Below are positions 1 to 29,245 of a stretch of 64,000 nt of DNA, one piece after another (position 1 is the stretch's first letter; each line of letters opens with the position of its first letter). Below the pieces are notes generated by a model. It searched no databases, had not been told where the DNA came from, and worked only from the letters and a program-made list of their open reading frames with translations. Made by a program: the position numbers and the translations under genes. The stretch is from Hemiscyllium ocellatum (lineage: Eukaryota), in assembly GCF_020745735.1 (NCBI RefSeq), contig NW_026868161.1, positions 1 to 64,000 on the forward strand, in the 5' to 3' direction.

Positions 1-60
1 TGTCTCTCGCTGGGTCTCCTTCTCTCTCCTCATTGTCATGGGCTGACAACGTTTTGTGTT

Positions 61-91
<31 letters not shown>

Positions 92-289
92 AAGCGAGAG
101 TGTGTGTGAGCATGAGAGAGAGTGTGAGTGTGTCTGGGTGAAAGAGTGTGTGTGTCAGGGAGTGTGTGACTGTGAGGGAGTGTCTATGTGTGAGCATATG
201 GGAATATAAATCTTTTCAATTTGAGGGAGAGCTGATGTGCTGAGAGACAGACAGAGAAAGGTCAGAGACAGAGAGAGAGAGAGGTGTGA

Positions 290-510
290 GGATTGCGTTC
301 TGAGTAAAGGTTAGACAGGGTGGGACTCTCCCCCGTGAAGTTTGAAGAGTGAGAGAGGATCCCATTGAAACATTCAGGATCCTTAAAGGGGCTTGACAGG
401 GTCAGGGCTGAGAGAATGTTTCCCCTGATGGGAGAGTCCAGGGACAGAGGGCACAGTCTCAGAGTGAAGGGACACCAACTTAAGGCTGAGAGGGGGAGGA
501 ACTTCTCTCT
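290..510 (+). mobile_element. Degenerate CR1 LINE ORF2 3' fragment upstream of SULT copies (paralogous copies at ~12520-12735 and ~25240-25450)
   Basis: Translates to KGLDRVRAERMFPLMGESRDRGHSLRVKG...RNF, which resembles the CR1 ORF2 C-terminus; bases 1-520 recur upstream of SULT copies 2 and 3. Confidence 0.7.
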
Positions 511-531
511 CTCTCTCACTCTGTGCTCCAT

Positions 532-667
532 NNNNNNNNNNNNNNNNNNNNNNNNNNNNNNNNNNNNNNNNNNNNNNNNNNNNNNNNNNNNNNNNNNNNN
601 NNNNNNNNNNNNNNNNNNNNNNNNNNNNNNNNNNNNNNNNNNNNNNNNNNNNNNNNNNNNNNNNNNN
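532..667. other. Assembly gap (N run)
   Basis: 136 consecutive N. Confidence 1.
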
Positions 668-692
668 ATGAGGCTGTCTCGGGTTCCAGGGA

Positions 693-737
<45 letters not shown>

Positions 738-800
738 TGTGCATGTGTGTGTCTGTGTGTGTCTGTGTGTGTCTGTGTGTGTCAGTTCCAGGCCTGAGGG

Positions 801-1440
801 ATGGAGACGGAGTCTCACTCTGACCTGAAGGACTGTGTGCTGACCAGGTACTGACAGATGGATAGATTGTTGGGGGAGACACTGAGGGACACGGGGAGAG
901 GGCGGGAGACTGGGAGATGGATAGATTTTTGGAGGGGGAGCCAATTAGGGGATTGAGGGCGAGTGTAGGAGACTGGGAGATGTTTGGCGGGGGGAGACAC
1001 CGAAGGGATTGAGGGACATGGGGAGATTGCGGGAGATGGATAGAGTTTTGGGGGAGACACTGAGGGACATGGGGAGTGTGCGGGAGATGGATAGAGTTTT
1101 GGGGGAGACACTGAGGGACTTGGGGAGTGTGCGGGAGACTGGGAGATGGATAGATTTTTTGGGGGAGACACTGAGGGACATGGGGAGTGTGCGGGAGATG
1201 GATAGCGTTTTGGGGGAGACACTGAGGGACTTGGGGAGTGTGCGGGAGACTGGGAGATGGATAGATTTTTGGGGGGAGACACTGAGGGACATGGGGAGTG
1301 TGCGGGAGATGGATAGCGTTTTGGGGGAGACACTGAGGGACTTGGGGAGTGTGCGGGAGACTGGGAGATGGATAGATTTTTTGGGGGGAGACACTGAGGG
1401 ACACGGGGAGAGTGTGGGAGACGGATAAATATTTTTGGAG
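801..1440 (+). pseudogene. Truncated SULT1-like fragment: first 16 codons of exon 1 joined to intron-3-type minisatellite
   Basis: ATG at 801 gives METESHSDLKDCVLTRY*, with TGA at 852-854. It is followed by the GGAGATGGATAGATT...GGAGACACTGAGGGACA repeat that normally lies in intron 3. Confidence 0.75.
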
Positions 1441-1889
1441 ATTGAATCGGTGTTCCTGTGATATCCAGAAAACACTCTCTCTCTCTCTCCTCCCCAGCTC
1501 ACAGCTGTGATTTGTTCAGGAATGTGTTGGAACTGAGCCCTGTTGTGACGTGGGTTTGGTATAAAATCTCTCCCCTTTGAACCATTGCACTGTTAGAGAT
1601 TCGCAGTGAGACTCGAAAACTTCCAGCTCTTTGCTCACGCCTGAGTCGTCCAAAACAGGTAACATGCCCACCCCGACAACCCTTCTCTCCCTCTCTGTCT
1701 CCCTCGCAAAGTCAGTCTGTCTGTCTGTCTGTCTCTCTCTGTTGCACTCTGTCTCTCTCGGTGTTATCTCTCTCTCTCTCTCGGTGTTTCTCTCTGTCTC
1801 TCCGTCTTGCGTGAAACACTGTGTGAGGAGGAGACTTTATTTTACAGGTGAGTGACGCTGAGCCCAGTGGGATCGGTGCGCAACACGAT

Positions 1890-2225
1890 GTTCATGCAGG
1901 GCAAGGCAGAACACAGAGGGACATGGAGGAGGGGGGGAGCCTGGTGCACAGATAGCAAGTACCCAGGGATAGCAGGGAATCAGGAAGGGCCAGTGGAATG
2001 TTGACCCTCATTTCAAGGGGGCTGGAGTCTCAGAGCCGGGAGGTCAGACTGCAACTGGGCGAGGTGCTGGGGAGACCAGACCTGGAGAGTTGTGAGCAGT
2101 TTTAGTTCCCCTTATTTAAGGAGAGATTTCACTGGAGGCAGGTCAGGGATAGTCCATGAGGGATGCTTTCTGGGATGGAGGGATTGTCTTATTAACAAAG
2201 GTTAGACAGGCTGGGACTCTCCTCC
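1890..2225 (+). mobile_element. Old CR1 LINE ORF2 fragment
   Basis: Degenerate CR1-like sequence (GGAGACCAGACCTGGAGAGTTGTGAGCAGTTTT...TATTTAAGG); its end overlaps the start of the CR1 fragment found upstream of the other copies. Confidence 0.5.
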
Positions 2226-2431
2226 CTGCGTCTGTCTTGTTCACTGTCTCTCTCTTTCTCTCTCTCTCTTTCTCTCTCTATCTCTATCTCTCTTTCTCTC
2301 TGTCTCTTCCCCTGTGTATCTCTCTCTCTCTCTCAGACACGTGGGGGTGAGGCTCGCTTGCTCCCCAGGGAGAGTGGGTGAACTGACCCGTGTGTGTGTG
2401 TGTGTGTGTGTCCCAGTTCCAGGCCTGAGGG

Positions 2432-8633
<6,202 letters not shown>

Positions 8634-8769
8634 CAAGCCTCGATAACACAGAAGTGTGATTATTTCACCTCAGACAGGCGCTACTGCAATTCAGTGACAT
8701 AACAAAAGCGTATTTACTACAGATCCCCCCCCAAACAGTGGGACAGATTTAGGAAGTAGTGATCATAAC

Positions 8770-8805
<36 letters not shown>

Positions 8806-8920
8806 AAAAGAGAGAGACAGAGAGAGAGAGAGAGACAGAGAGACAGACAGAGACCTCAAGTTCAAGTTCTTGAGAAGTTAGGGAGTGGGGGGGATCAAGC
8901 CAGGCTGGAGAGGAGGATTG

Positions 8921-9290
8921 GAGGGGGTTACAGAGATAGGGAGGGGGTGTAGGGGGTTACAGGGATAGGGAGGGGGTGTAGGGGGGTTACAGAGATAGGG
9001 AGGGGGTGTAGGGGGTTACAGAGATAGGGAGGGGGTGTAGGGGGGTTACAGAGATAGGGAGGGGGTGTAGGGGGGTTACAGAGATAGGGAGGGGGTGTAG
9101 GGGGTTACAGAGATAGGGAGGGGGTGTAGGGGGTTACAGGGATAGGGAGGGGGTGTAGGGGGGTTACTGAGATAGGGAGGGGGTGTGGGGGTTACAGAGA
9201 TAGGGAGGGGGTGTAGGGGGTTACAGAGATAGGGAGGGGGTGTAGGGGGTTACAGAGATAGGGAGAGGGTGCAGGGGGTTACAGAGATCG
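8921..9290. repeat. ~29-bp G-rich minisatellite downstream of SULT copies (also ~19730-20250 and ~29790-30105)
   Basis: (GGGGGTTACAGAGATAGGGAGGGGGTGTA)n. Confidence 0.95.
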
Positions 9291-9769
9291 GGAGTGGGTG
9301 CAGGGTGGTGAAGGAGATTGGGAGATAGGGTTGTGATAAGGCAGAGCGAGAGATGTTTGCCTGAAGATGTTGCTGGGATTAAATATGACCAAGGACCCAC
9401 CTTAATTATAAACCCAAACACCCTTCAGGAAGCCTGGAAGCTGAAAAGACAACGTTGCTGAGTTACCAGGCTGAGGGCATTGAGCTCCTGCATCCTGTCC
9501 ACATGGAAGTCACACGCCTGGGTTCATGGCTAACAGGAGAGCTGGGCCCTGTCCATACGGTACACAAAGCTCCATTGTTCTGGAGCTCACTCCGAGAGGA
9601 TCCACCCAAACACTCCCCTCACTCCCACCCACCCTTTCTATGGAACTGGCCTGAGGGCAGTGTCCACGGGCTGACTGAGCAATGGACTGGTCCCAGGGGG
9701 AAACTTCCAGAAGGTTTCACCCTCAACACCACCTGAAATTTCCAAAGCTGCCTCTGGAATGGTCCCAGT

Positions 9770-10755
9770 GACACCATCCCCAATGGACCCCAAACCCCTT
9801 CCCGTTCCCTCCCGCTCTACACCGTCCCCAATGGACCCCAAACCCCTTCCCGTGCCCTCCTGCTCTACACCGTCCCCAATGGACCCCAAACCCCTTCCCG
9901 TGCCCTCCCGCTCTACACCGTCCCCAATGGGACCCCAAACGCCTTCCCGTTCCCTCCCGCTCTACACCGTCCCCAATGGGCCCCAAACCCCTTCCCATTC
10001 CCCCCTGCTCTACACCGTCCCCAATGGGACCCCGAACCCCTCCCGTTCTACACTGTCCCCAATGGGAGCCCAAACCCCTTCCCGTTCCATCCCGCTCTAC
10101 ACCGTCCCCAATGGACCTCAAACCCCTTCCCGTTCCCTCCCGCTCTACACCGTCCCCAATGGGACCCCAAACCCCTCCCTGTCCCCTCCCGTTCTACACC
10201 GTCCCCAATGGGACCCCAAACCCCTTCCCCATTCCCTCCCGCTCTACACCGTCCCCAATGGGACCCCAAACCCCTCCCTGTCCCCTCCTGTTCTACACCG
10301 TCCCCAATGGGACCCCAAACCCCTTCTCCTTCCCTCCTGGCTCTACACCGTCCCCAATGGGACCCCAAACCCCTTCCCGTTCCCTCCTGCTCTACACCGT
10401 CCCCAATGGGACCCCAAAACCCTTCCCATTCCCTCGGGCTCTACACCGTCCCCAATGGAACCCCTTCCCATTCCCTCCGGCTTTACATCGTCCCCAATGG
10501 GCCCCAAACCCCTTCCCGTTCCCTTCCGCTCTACACCGTCCCCAATGGAACCCCAAACCCCTTCCCGTTCCCTCCCGCTCTACACAGTCTCCAATGGGAC
10601 CCCAAACCCCTTCCCGTTCACTACTGTTCTACACCGTCCCCAATGGGACCCCAAACCCCTTCCCCGTTCCCTCCCGCTCTACACCGTCCCCAATGGGACC
10701 CCAAACCCCTCCCTGTCCCCTCCTGTTCTACACCATCTCCAATGGACCCCAAACC
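9770..10755. repeat. ~43-44-bp C-rich minisatellite ending the duplication unit
   Basis: (CTCTACACCGTCCCCAATGGGACCCCAAACCCCTTCCCGTTCCCTCCCG)-like units. Confidence 0.95.
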
Positions 10756-10790
10756 TGCAGAGGGAGAGAGAGTGTGGGAATGGAGAGAGA

Positions 10791-10831
<41 letters not shown>

Positions 10832-10914
10832 CGGGGGGGGCGAGACAGCGCGTTTGTGGGGGCAGAGAGAGAGAGAAACAAATGGGGAGGGAGAGGGAGA
10901 GAGAGAGCGGTCTC

Positions 10915-11200
10915 TCTCACAGCTCCTCTCCAGTATCCCAGCGCTCTGACACTGTCCTGTAGTGGACAGTGAGCACTCCTCTCTGTCAGTTGGATACACC
11001 CTTCCAGCTCCCTCCCCTTCTCCCCAGCCACCAATCAGATTACCCTGTGCCTTCCCAAAGTGACGGGTGATGTTATCAGAGCCTGCTCCCACTGGACTGG
11101 TGCTCAGTTGTTCAGAGTCCACAGCGGGAGTCTCACACAGACAGCCCTGAACTCCTCACTGACTGAGATCCTGTAGGTAACACCCCCTTCAAAACCACCC
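10915..11200 (+). promoter_or_regulatory. Conserved upstream block, probable promoter or non-coding first exon of SULT copies 2-4 (also ~24380-24640 and ~30715-30940)
   Basis: Non-repetitive block retained upstream of three copies; contains CCAATCAG and ends in a donor-like TAG|GTAACA. Function is inferred. Confidence 0.4.
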
Positions 11201-12240
11201 TCCCTCTGTGTCCCCGTCTCTCGCTGGGTCTCTCTGTCCCTCCCTCCCTCTGTGTCCCCGTCTCTCGCTGGGTCTCTCTGTCCCACCCTCCCTCTGTGTC
11301 CCCGTCTCTCGCTGGGTCTCTCTGTCCCTCCCTCCCTCTGTGTCCCCGTCTCTCGCTGGGTCTCTCTGTCCCTCCCTCCCTCTGTGTCCCCGTCTCTCGC
11401 TGGGTCTCTCTGTCCCACCCTCCCTCTGTGTCCCCGTCTCTCGCTGGGTCTCTCTGTCCCACCCTCCCTCTGTGTCCCCGTCTCTCGCTGGGTCTCTCTG
11501 TCCCACCCTCCCTCTGTGTCCCCGTCTCTCGCTGGGTCTCTCTGTCCCTCCCTCCCTCTGTGTCCCCGTCTCTCGCTGGGTCTCTCTGTCCCTCCCTCCC
11601 TCTGTGTCCCCGTCTCTCGCTGGGTCTCTCTGTCCCTCCCTCCCTCTGTGTCCCCGTCTCTCGCTGGGTCTCTCTGTCCCTCCCTCCCTCTGTGTCCCCG
11701 TCTCTCGCTGGGTCTCTCTGTCCCACCCTCCCTCTGTGTCCCCGTCTCTCGCTGGGTCTCTCTGTCCCTCCCTCCCTCTGTGTCCCCGTCTCTCGCTGGG
11801 TCTCTCTGTCCCTCCCTCCCTCTGTGTCCCCGTCTCTCGCTGGGTCTCTCTGTCCCTCCCTCCCTCTGTGTCCCCGTCTCTCGCTGGGTCTCTCTGTCCC
11901 TCCCTTCCTCTGTGTCCCCGTCTCTCGCTGGGTCTCTCTGTCCCTCCCTCCCTCTGTGTCCCCGTCTCTCTCTGGGTCTCTCTGTCCCTCCCTCCCTCTG
12001 TGTCCCCGTCTCTCGCTGGGTCTCTCTGTCCCACCCTCCCTCTGTGTCCCCGTCTCTCGCTGGTCTCTCTGTCCCACCCTCCCTCTGTGACCCTGTGTCT
12101 TCCTCCCTCTGTCCGTGTCTCTCGCTGGGTCTCTCTGTCCCACCCTCCCTCTGTGTCCCTGTCCCTCCCTCCCTCTGTGCCCCTGTCTCTCGCTGGGTCT
12201 CTCTGTCCCTCCCTCCCTCTGTCCGTGTCTCTCGCTGGGT
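11197..12240. repeat. 44-bp pyrimidine-rich minisatellite (~23 units; ~6 units at 24640-24915)
   Basis: (CCTCCCTCTGTGTCCCCGTCTCTCGCTGGGTCTCTCTGTCCC[T/A]C)n. Confidence 0.95.
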
Positions 12241-12860
12241 CTCCTTCTCTCTCCTCATTGTCATGGGCTGACAACGTTTTGTGTTTGTGTGTGTGAGAGA
12301 GAGAGAGAGAAAGCGAGAGCGTGTGTGAGCATGAGAGAGAGTGTGAGTGTGTCTGGGTGAAAGAGTGTGTGTGTAAGGGAGTGTGTGTGACTGTGAGGGA
12401 GTGTCTATGTGTGAGCATATGGGAATATAAATCTTTTCAATTTGAGGGAGAGCTGATGTGCTGAGAGACAGACAGAGAAAGGTCAGAGAGAGAGAGAGAG
12501 AGAGAGAGAGGTGTAGGGATTGCGTTCTGAGTAAAGGTTAGACAGGGTGGGACTCTCCCCCGTGAAGTTTGAAGAGTGAGAGAGGATCCCATTGAAACAT
12601 TCAGGATCCTTAAAGGGGCTTGACAGGGTCAGGGCTGAGAGAATGTTTCCCCTGATGGGAGAGTCCAGGGACAGAGGGCACAGTCTCAGAGTGAAGGGAC
12701 ACCAACTTAAGGCTGAGAGGGGGAGGAACTTCTCTCTCTCTCTCACTGTCTCTCTCTCTGTCTATCTACATCTCTCTATCTCCATCTCTCTGTCTCTCGC
12801 TCCCCGGGGAGAGTGGGTGAACTGACCCGTGTGTGTGTGACCCGGTTCCAGGCCTGAGGG

Positions 12861-19572
<6,712 letters not shown>

Positions 19573-20729
19573 CAAGCCTCGATAACACAGAAGTGTGATT
19601 ATTTCACCTCAGACAGGCGCTACTGCAATTCAGTGACATAACAAAAGCGTATTTACTACAGATCCCCCCCAAACAATGGGACTGATTTAGGAAGTAGTGA
19701 TCATAACGAGAGAGAGAGAGAGAGAGATCAGGGGTTACAGAGATAGGGAGGGGGTGTAGGGGGGGGTTACAGGGATAGGGAGGGGGTGTAGGGGGGGTTA
19801 CAGAGATAGGGAGGGGGTGTAGGGGGGTTACAGAGATAGGGAGGGGGTGCGGGGGATTACAAAGATAGGGAGGGAGTGGGGGGGTTTACAGAGATAGGGA
19901 AGGTGTGTAGGGGGTTACAGAGATAGGGAGGGGGTGTAGGGGGGTTACAGGGATAGGGAGGGGGTGTAGCCGGGTTACAGAGATAGGGAGGGGGTGTAGG
20001 GGGGGTTACAGGGATAGGGAGGGGGTGTAGGGGGTTACAGAGATAGGGAGGGGGTGTAGGGGGTTACAGAGATAGGGAGGGGATGCAGGGGGTTACAGAG
20101 ATAGGGAGGGGGTGCAGGGGGTTACAGAGATAGGGAGGGGGTGTAGGGGGTTACAGAGATAGGGAGGGGTGCAGGGGGTTACAGAGATAGGGAGGGGGTG
20201 TAGGGGGTTACAGAGATAGGGAGGGGGTGCAGGGGGTTACAGAGATCGGGAGTGGGTGCAGGGTGGTGAAGGAGATTGGGAGATAGGGTTGTGATAAGGC
20301 AGAGCGAGAGATGTTTGCCTGAAGATGTTGCTGGGATTAAATATGACCAAGGACCCACCCTAATTATAAACCCAAACACCCTTCAGGAAGCCTGGAAGCT
20401 GAAAAGACAACGTTGCTGAGTTACCAGGCTGAGGGCATTGAGCTCCTGCATCCTGTCCACATGGAAGTCACACGCCTGGGTTCATGGCTAACAGGAGAGC
20501 TGGGCCCTGTCCATACGGTACACAAAGCTCCATTGTTCTGGAGCTCACTCCGAGAGGATCCACCCAAACACTCCCCTCACTCCCACCCACCCTTTCCATG
20601 GAACTGGCCTGAGTGCAGTGTGCACGGGCTGACTGAGCAATGGACAGGGCCCAGGGGGAAACTTCCAGAAGGTTTCACCCTCAACACCACCTGAAATTTC
20701 CAAAGCTGCCTCTGGAATGGTCCCAGTGA

Positions 20730-23700
20730 CACCGTCCCCAATGGGACCCCAAACCCCTTCCCCGTTCCCTCCCGCTCTACACCGTCCCCAATGGGACCCC
20801 AAACCCCTTCCCCATTCCCTCCCGCTCTACACCGTCCCCAATGGGACCCCAAACCCCTTCCCCGTTCCCTCCTGTTCTACACCGTCCCCAATGGGACCCC
20901 AAACCCCTTCTCCTTCCCTCCTGGCTCTACACCGTCCCCAATGGGACCCCAAACCCCTTCCCCGTTCCCTCCCGCTCTACACCGTCCCCAATGGGACCCC
21001 AAACCCCTTCCCGTTCACTATTGCTCTACACCGTCCACAATGGAACTCCAAACCCCTTCCCGTTCCCACCCGCTCTACACCGTCCCCAATAGGACCCCAA
21101 ACCCTTTCCCGTTCCCTCCCGCTCTACACCATCCCCAATGGGAGCCCAAACCACTTCCCGTTCCATCCCGCTCTACACCGTCCCCAATGGGACCCCAAAA
21201 CCCTTCCCATTCCCTCGGGCTCTACACCGTCCCCAATGGAACCCCAAACCCCTTCCCGTTCCATCCCACGCTACACCGTCCCCAATGGAACCCAAACCCC
21301 TCCCTGTCCCCTCCCGTTCTACACCATCCCCAATGGGAGCCCAAACCCCTTCCCGTTCCATCCCGCTCGACACCGTCCCCAATGGACCTCAAACCCCTAC
21401 CCGTTCCCTCCCGTTCTACACCGTCCCCAATGGGACCCCAAACCCCTCCCTGTCCCCTCCCGTTCAACACCGTCCCCAATGGGACCCCAAACCCCTCCCT
21501 GTCCCCTCCTGTTCTACACCGTCCCCAATGGGACCCCAAACCCCTTCTCCTTCCCTCCTGGCTCTACACCGTCCCCAATGGGACCCCAAACCCCTTCCCG
21601 TTCCCTCCTGCTCTACACCGTCCCCAATGGGACCCCAAAACCCTTCCCGTTCCCTCGGGCTCTACACCGTCCCCAATGGAACCCCAAACCCCTTCCCGTT
21701 CCCTCCGGCTCTACATTGTCCCCAATGGACCCCAAACCCCTTTCCCGTTCCCTCCCGCTCTACACCGTCCCCAATGGGACCCCAAACCCCTTCCCGTTCC
21801 CTCCCGGTCTACACCGTCCCCAATGGAACCCCAAACCCCTTCCCGTTCCCTCCCGCTCTACACCGTCCCCAATGGACCCCAAACCCCTTCCCGTTCCCTC
21901 CCGCTCTACACTGTCTCCAATGGGACTCCAAACCCTTTTCCATTCTCTCCCGCTCTACACCATCTCCAATGGACCCCAAACCCCTTCCCGTTCCCTCCTG
22001 CTCTACACCGTCCCCAATGGACCCCAAACCCCTTCCCGTTCCCTCCTGCTCTACACCGTCCCCAATGGGACCCCAAACCCCTTCCCTTCCGCTCTACACC
22101 GTCCCCAATGGGACCCCAAACCCCTTCCCGTTCACTATTGCTCTACACCGTCCCCAATGGGACTCCAAACCCCTTCCCGTTCCCACCCGCTCTACACCGT
22201 CCCCAATGGGACCCCAAACCCTTTCCCGTTCCCTCCCGCTCTACACCGTCCCCAATGGGACCCCAAACGCCTTCCCGTTCCCTCCCGCTCTACACCGCCC
22301 CCAATGGGACCCCAAACCCCTTCCCCGTTCCCTCCCGCTCTACACCGCCCCCAATGGGCCCCAAACCCCTTCCCATTCCCCACTGCTCTACACCGTCCCC
22401 AATGGGACCCCGAACCCCTCCCTGTCCCCTCCCGCTCTACATCGTCCCCAATGGGAGCCCAAACTCCTTCCCGTTCCCTCCCGCTCTACACCGTCCCCAA
22501 TGGACCCCAAACCCCTCCCTGTCCCCTCCCGTTCTACACCATACCCAATGGGAGCCCAAACCCCTTCCCGTTCCATCCCGCTCTACACCGTCCCCAATGG
22601 ACCTCAAACCCCTTCCCCGTTCCCTCCCGCTCTACACCGTCCCCAATGGGACCCCAAACCCCTACCCGTTCCCTCCTGCTCTACACCGTCCCCAATGGGA
22701 CCCCAAACCCCTACCCGTTCCCTCCCGTTCTACACCGTCCCCAATGGGACCCCAAACCCCTCCCTGTCCCCTCCCGTTCAACACCGTCCCCAATGGGACC
22801 CCAAACCCCTCCCTGTCCCCTCCTGTTCTACACCGTCCCCAATGGGACCCCAAACCCCTTCTCCTTCCCTCCTGGCTCTACACCGTCCCCAATGGGACCC
22901 CAAACCCCTTCCCGTTCCCTCCTGCTCTACACCGTCCCCAATGGGACCCCAAAACCCTTCCCATTCCCTCGGGCTCTACACCGTCCCCAATGGAACCCCA
23001 AACCCCTTCCCGTTCCCTCCGGCTCTACATCGTCCCCAGTGGGCCCCAAACCCCTTCCCGTTCCCTCCTGCTCTACACAGTCTCCAATGGGACCCCATAC
23101 CCTTTTCCATTCTCTCCCGCTCTACACCATCTCCAATGGACCCCAAACCCCTTCCCGTTCCCTCCCGCTCTACACCGTCCCCAATGGACCCCAAACCCCT
23201 TCCCGTTCCCTCCCGGTCTACACCATCCCCAATGGGACCCCAAACCCCTTCCCGTCCCCTCCTGCTCTACACTGTCTCCAATGGGACGCCAAACCCTTTT
23301 CCATTCTCTCCCGCTCTGCACCATCTCCAATGGACCCCAAACCCCTTCCCGTTCCCTCCTGCTCTACACCGTCCCCAATGGGACCCCAAACCCCTTCCCC
23401 GTTCCCTCCCGCTCTACACCGTCCCCAATGGGACCCCAAACCCCTTCCCGTTCACTATTGCTCTACACCGTCCCCAATGGGACTCCAAACCCCTTCCCGT
23501 TCCCTCCCGCTCTACACCGTCCCCAATGGGACCCCAAACCCTGTCCCGTTCCCTCTCGCTCTACACCGTCCCCAATGGGACCCCAAACCCTTTCCCGTTC
23601 ACTCCCGCTCTACACCGTCCCCAATGGGACCCCAAACCCCTTCCCGTTCCCTCCCGCTCTACACCGTCCCCAATGGGACCCCAAACCCCTTCCCGTTCAC

Positions 23701-24225
23701 TACTGTTCTACACCGTCCCCAATGGGACTCCAAAACCCTGCCCGTTCCCTCCCGCTCTACACCGTCCCCAATGGGACCCCAAACCCCTTCCCCGTTTCCT
23801 CCCGCTCTACACTGTCCCCAATGGGACCCCAAACCCCTGCCCGTTCCCTCCCGCTCTACACCGTCCCCAATGGGACCCCAAACCCCTTCCCGTTCCCTCC
23901 CGCTCTACACCGTCTCCAATGGGACCCCAAACCCCTGCCCGTTACCTCCCGCTCTACACCGTCCCCAATGGGACCCCAAACCCCTGCCCGTTCCCTCCCG
24001 CTCTACACCGTCCCCAATGGGACCCCAAACCCCTTCCCAATCCCTCCTGCTCTACACGGTCTCCAATGGGACCCCAAACCCCTTCCCGTTCACTACTGCT
24101 CTACACCGTCCCCAATGGGACTGCAAACCCCTTCCCGTGCCCTCCTGCTCTACACCGTCTCCAATGGGACCCCAAACCCCTTCTCGTTCCCTCCTCCTCT
24201 ACACCATCCCCAATGGACCCCAAAC
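20730..24225. repeat. 3.5-kb expansion of the 43-44-bp C-rich minisatellite
   Basis: Same unit as 9770-10755; source of the spurious >1000-aa ORFs. Confidence 0.95.
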
Positions 24226-24250
24226 CTGCAGAGGGAGAGAGAGTGTGGGA

Positions 24251-24296
<46 letters not shown>

Positions 24297-24970
24297 TGTG
24301 TGTGTGGCGAGACAGCGCGTTTGTGGGGGCAGAGAGAGAGAGAAACAAATGGGGAGGGAGAGGGAGAGAGAGAGGGGTCTCTCTCACAGCTCCTCTCCAG
24401 TATCCCAGCGCTCTGACACTGTCCTGGAGCGGACAGTGAGCACTCCTCTCTGTCAGTTGTATACACCCTTCCAGCTCCCTCCCCTTCTCCCCAGCCACCA
24501 ATCAGATTACCCTGTGCCTTCCCAAAGTGACGGGTGGACTGGTGCTCAGTTGTTCAGAGTCCACAGCGGGAGTCTCACACAGACAGCCCTGAACTCCTCA
24601 CTGACTGAGATCCTGTAGGTAACACCCCCTTCAAAACCACCCTCCTCTGTGTCCCTGTCCCTCACTGGGTCTCTCTGTCCCTCCCTCCCTCCCTCTGTGT
24701 CCCCGTCTCTCGCTGGGTCTCTCTGTCCCTCCCTCCCTCTGTGTCCCCGTCTCTCGCTGGGTCTCTCTGTCCCTCCCTCCCTCTGTGTCCCCGTCTCTCG
24801 CTGGGTCTCTCTGTCCCTCCCTCCCTCTGTGTCCCCGTCTCTCGCTGGGTCTCTCTGTCCCACCCTCCCTCTGTGTCCCTGTCCCTCCCTCCCTCTGTCC
24901 GTGTCTCTCGCTGGGTCTCCTTCTCTCTCCTCATTGTCATGGGCTGACAACATTTTGTGTTTGTTTGCGC

Positions 24971-25021
<51 letters not shown>

Positions 25022-25586
25022 AGAGAGAGAGTTTGTGTGTGTCTGTGTGTGAGCATAAGAGAGAGAATGTGAGTGTGTCTGGGTGAAAGTGTGTGTGTAA
25101 GGGAGTGTGTGACTGTGAGGGAGTGTCTATGTGTGAGCATATGGGAATATAGATCTTTTCAATTTGAGGGAGAGCTGATGTGCTGAGAGACAGACAAAGG
25201 TCAGAGAGAGAGAGAGAGAGAGAGGTGTGAGGATTGCGTTCTGAGTAAAGGTTAGACAGGGTGGGACTCTCCCCCGTGAAGTTTGAAGAGAGAGAGAGGA
25301 TCCCATTGAAACATTCAGGATCCTTAAAGGGGCTTGACAGGGTCAGGGCTGAGAGAATGTTTCCCCTGATGGGAGAGTCCAGGGACAGAGGGCACAGTCT
25401 CAGAGTGAAGGGACACCAACTTAAGGCTGAGAGGGGGAGGAACTTCTCTCTCTCTCTCACTGTCTCTCTCTCTCTGTCTATCTACATCTCTCTATCTCCA
25501 TCTCTCTGTGTCTCTGTCTCTCGCTCCCCAGGGAGAGTGGGTGAACTGACCCGTGTGTGTGTGTGTCCCGGTTCCAGGCCTGAGGG

Positions 25587-29245
<3,659 letters not shown>

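Noticed and set aside
9455-9736. 93-aa ORF repeated after each SULT copy
   Set aside because: Non-ATG start, no recognisable domain, truncated or extended in other copies; the similarity is explained by duplication
11104-12418. Repetitive ORFs on both strands
   Set aside because: 44-bp tandem repeat
20717-24618. ORFs of 1092-1275 aa in three frames
   Set aside because: They are translations of a stop-poor 43-44-bp minisatellite, open in all three frames and with no domain content
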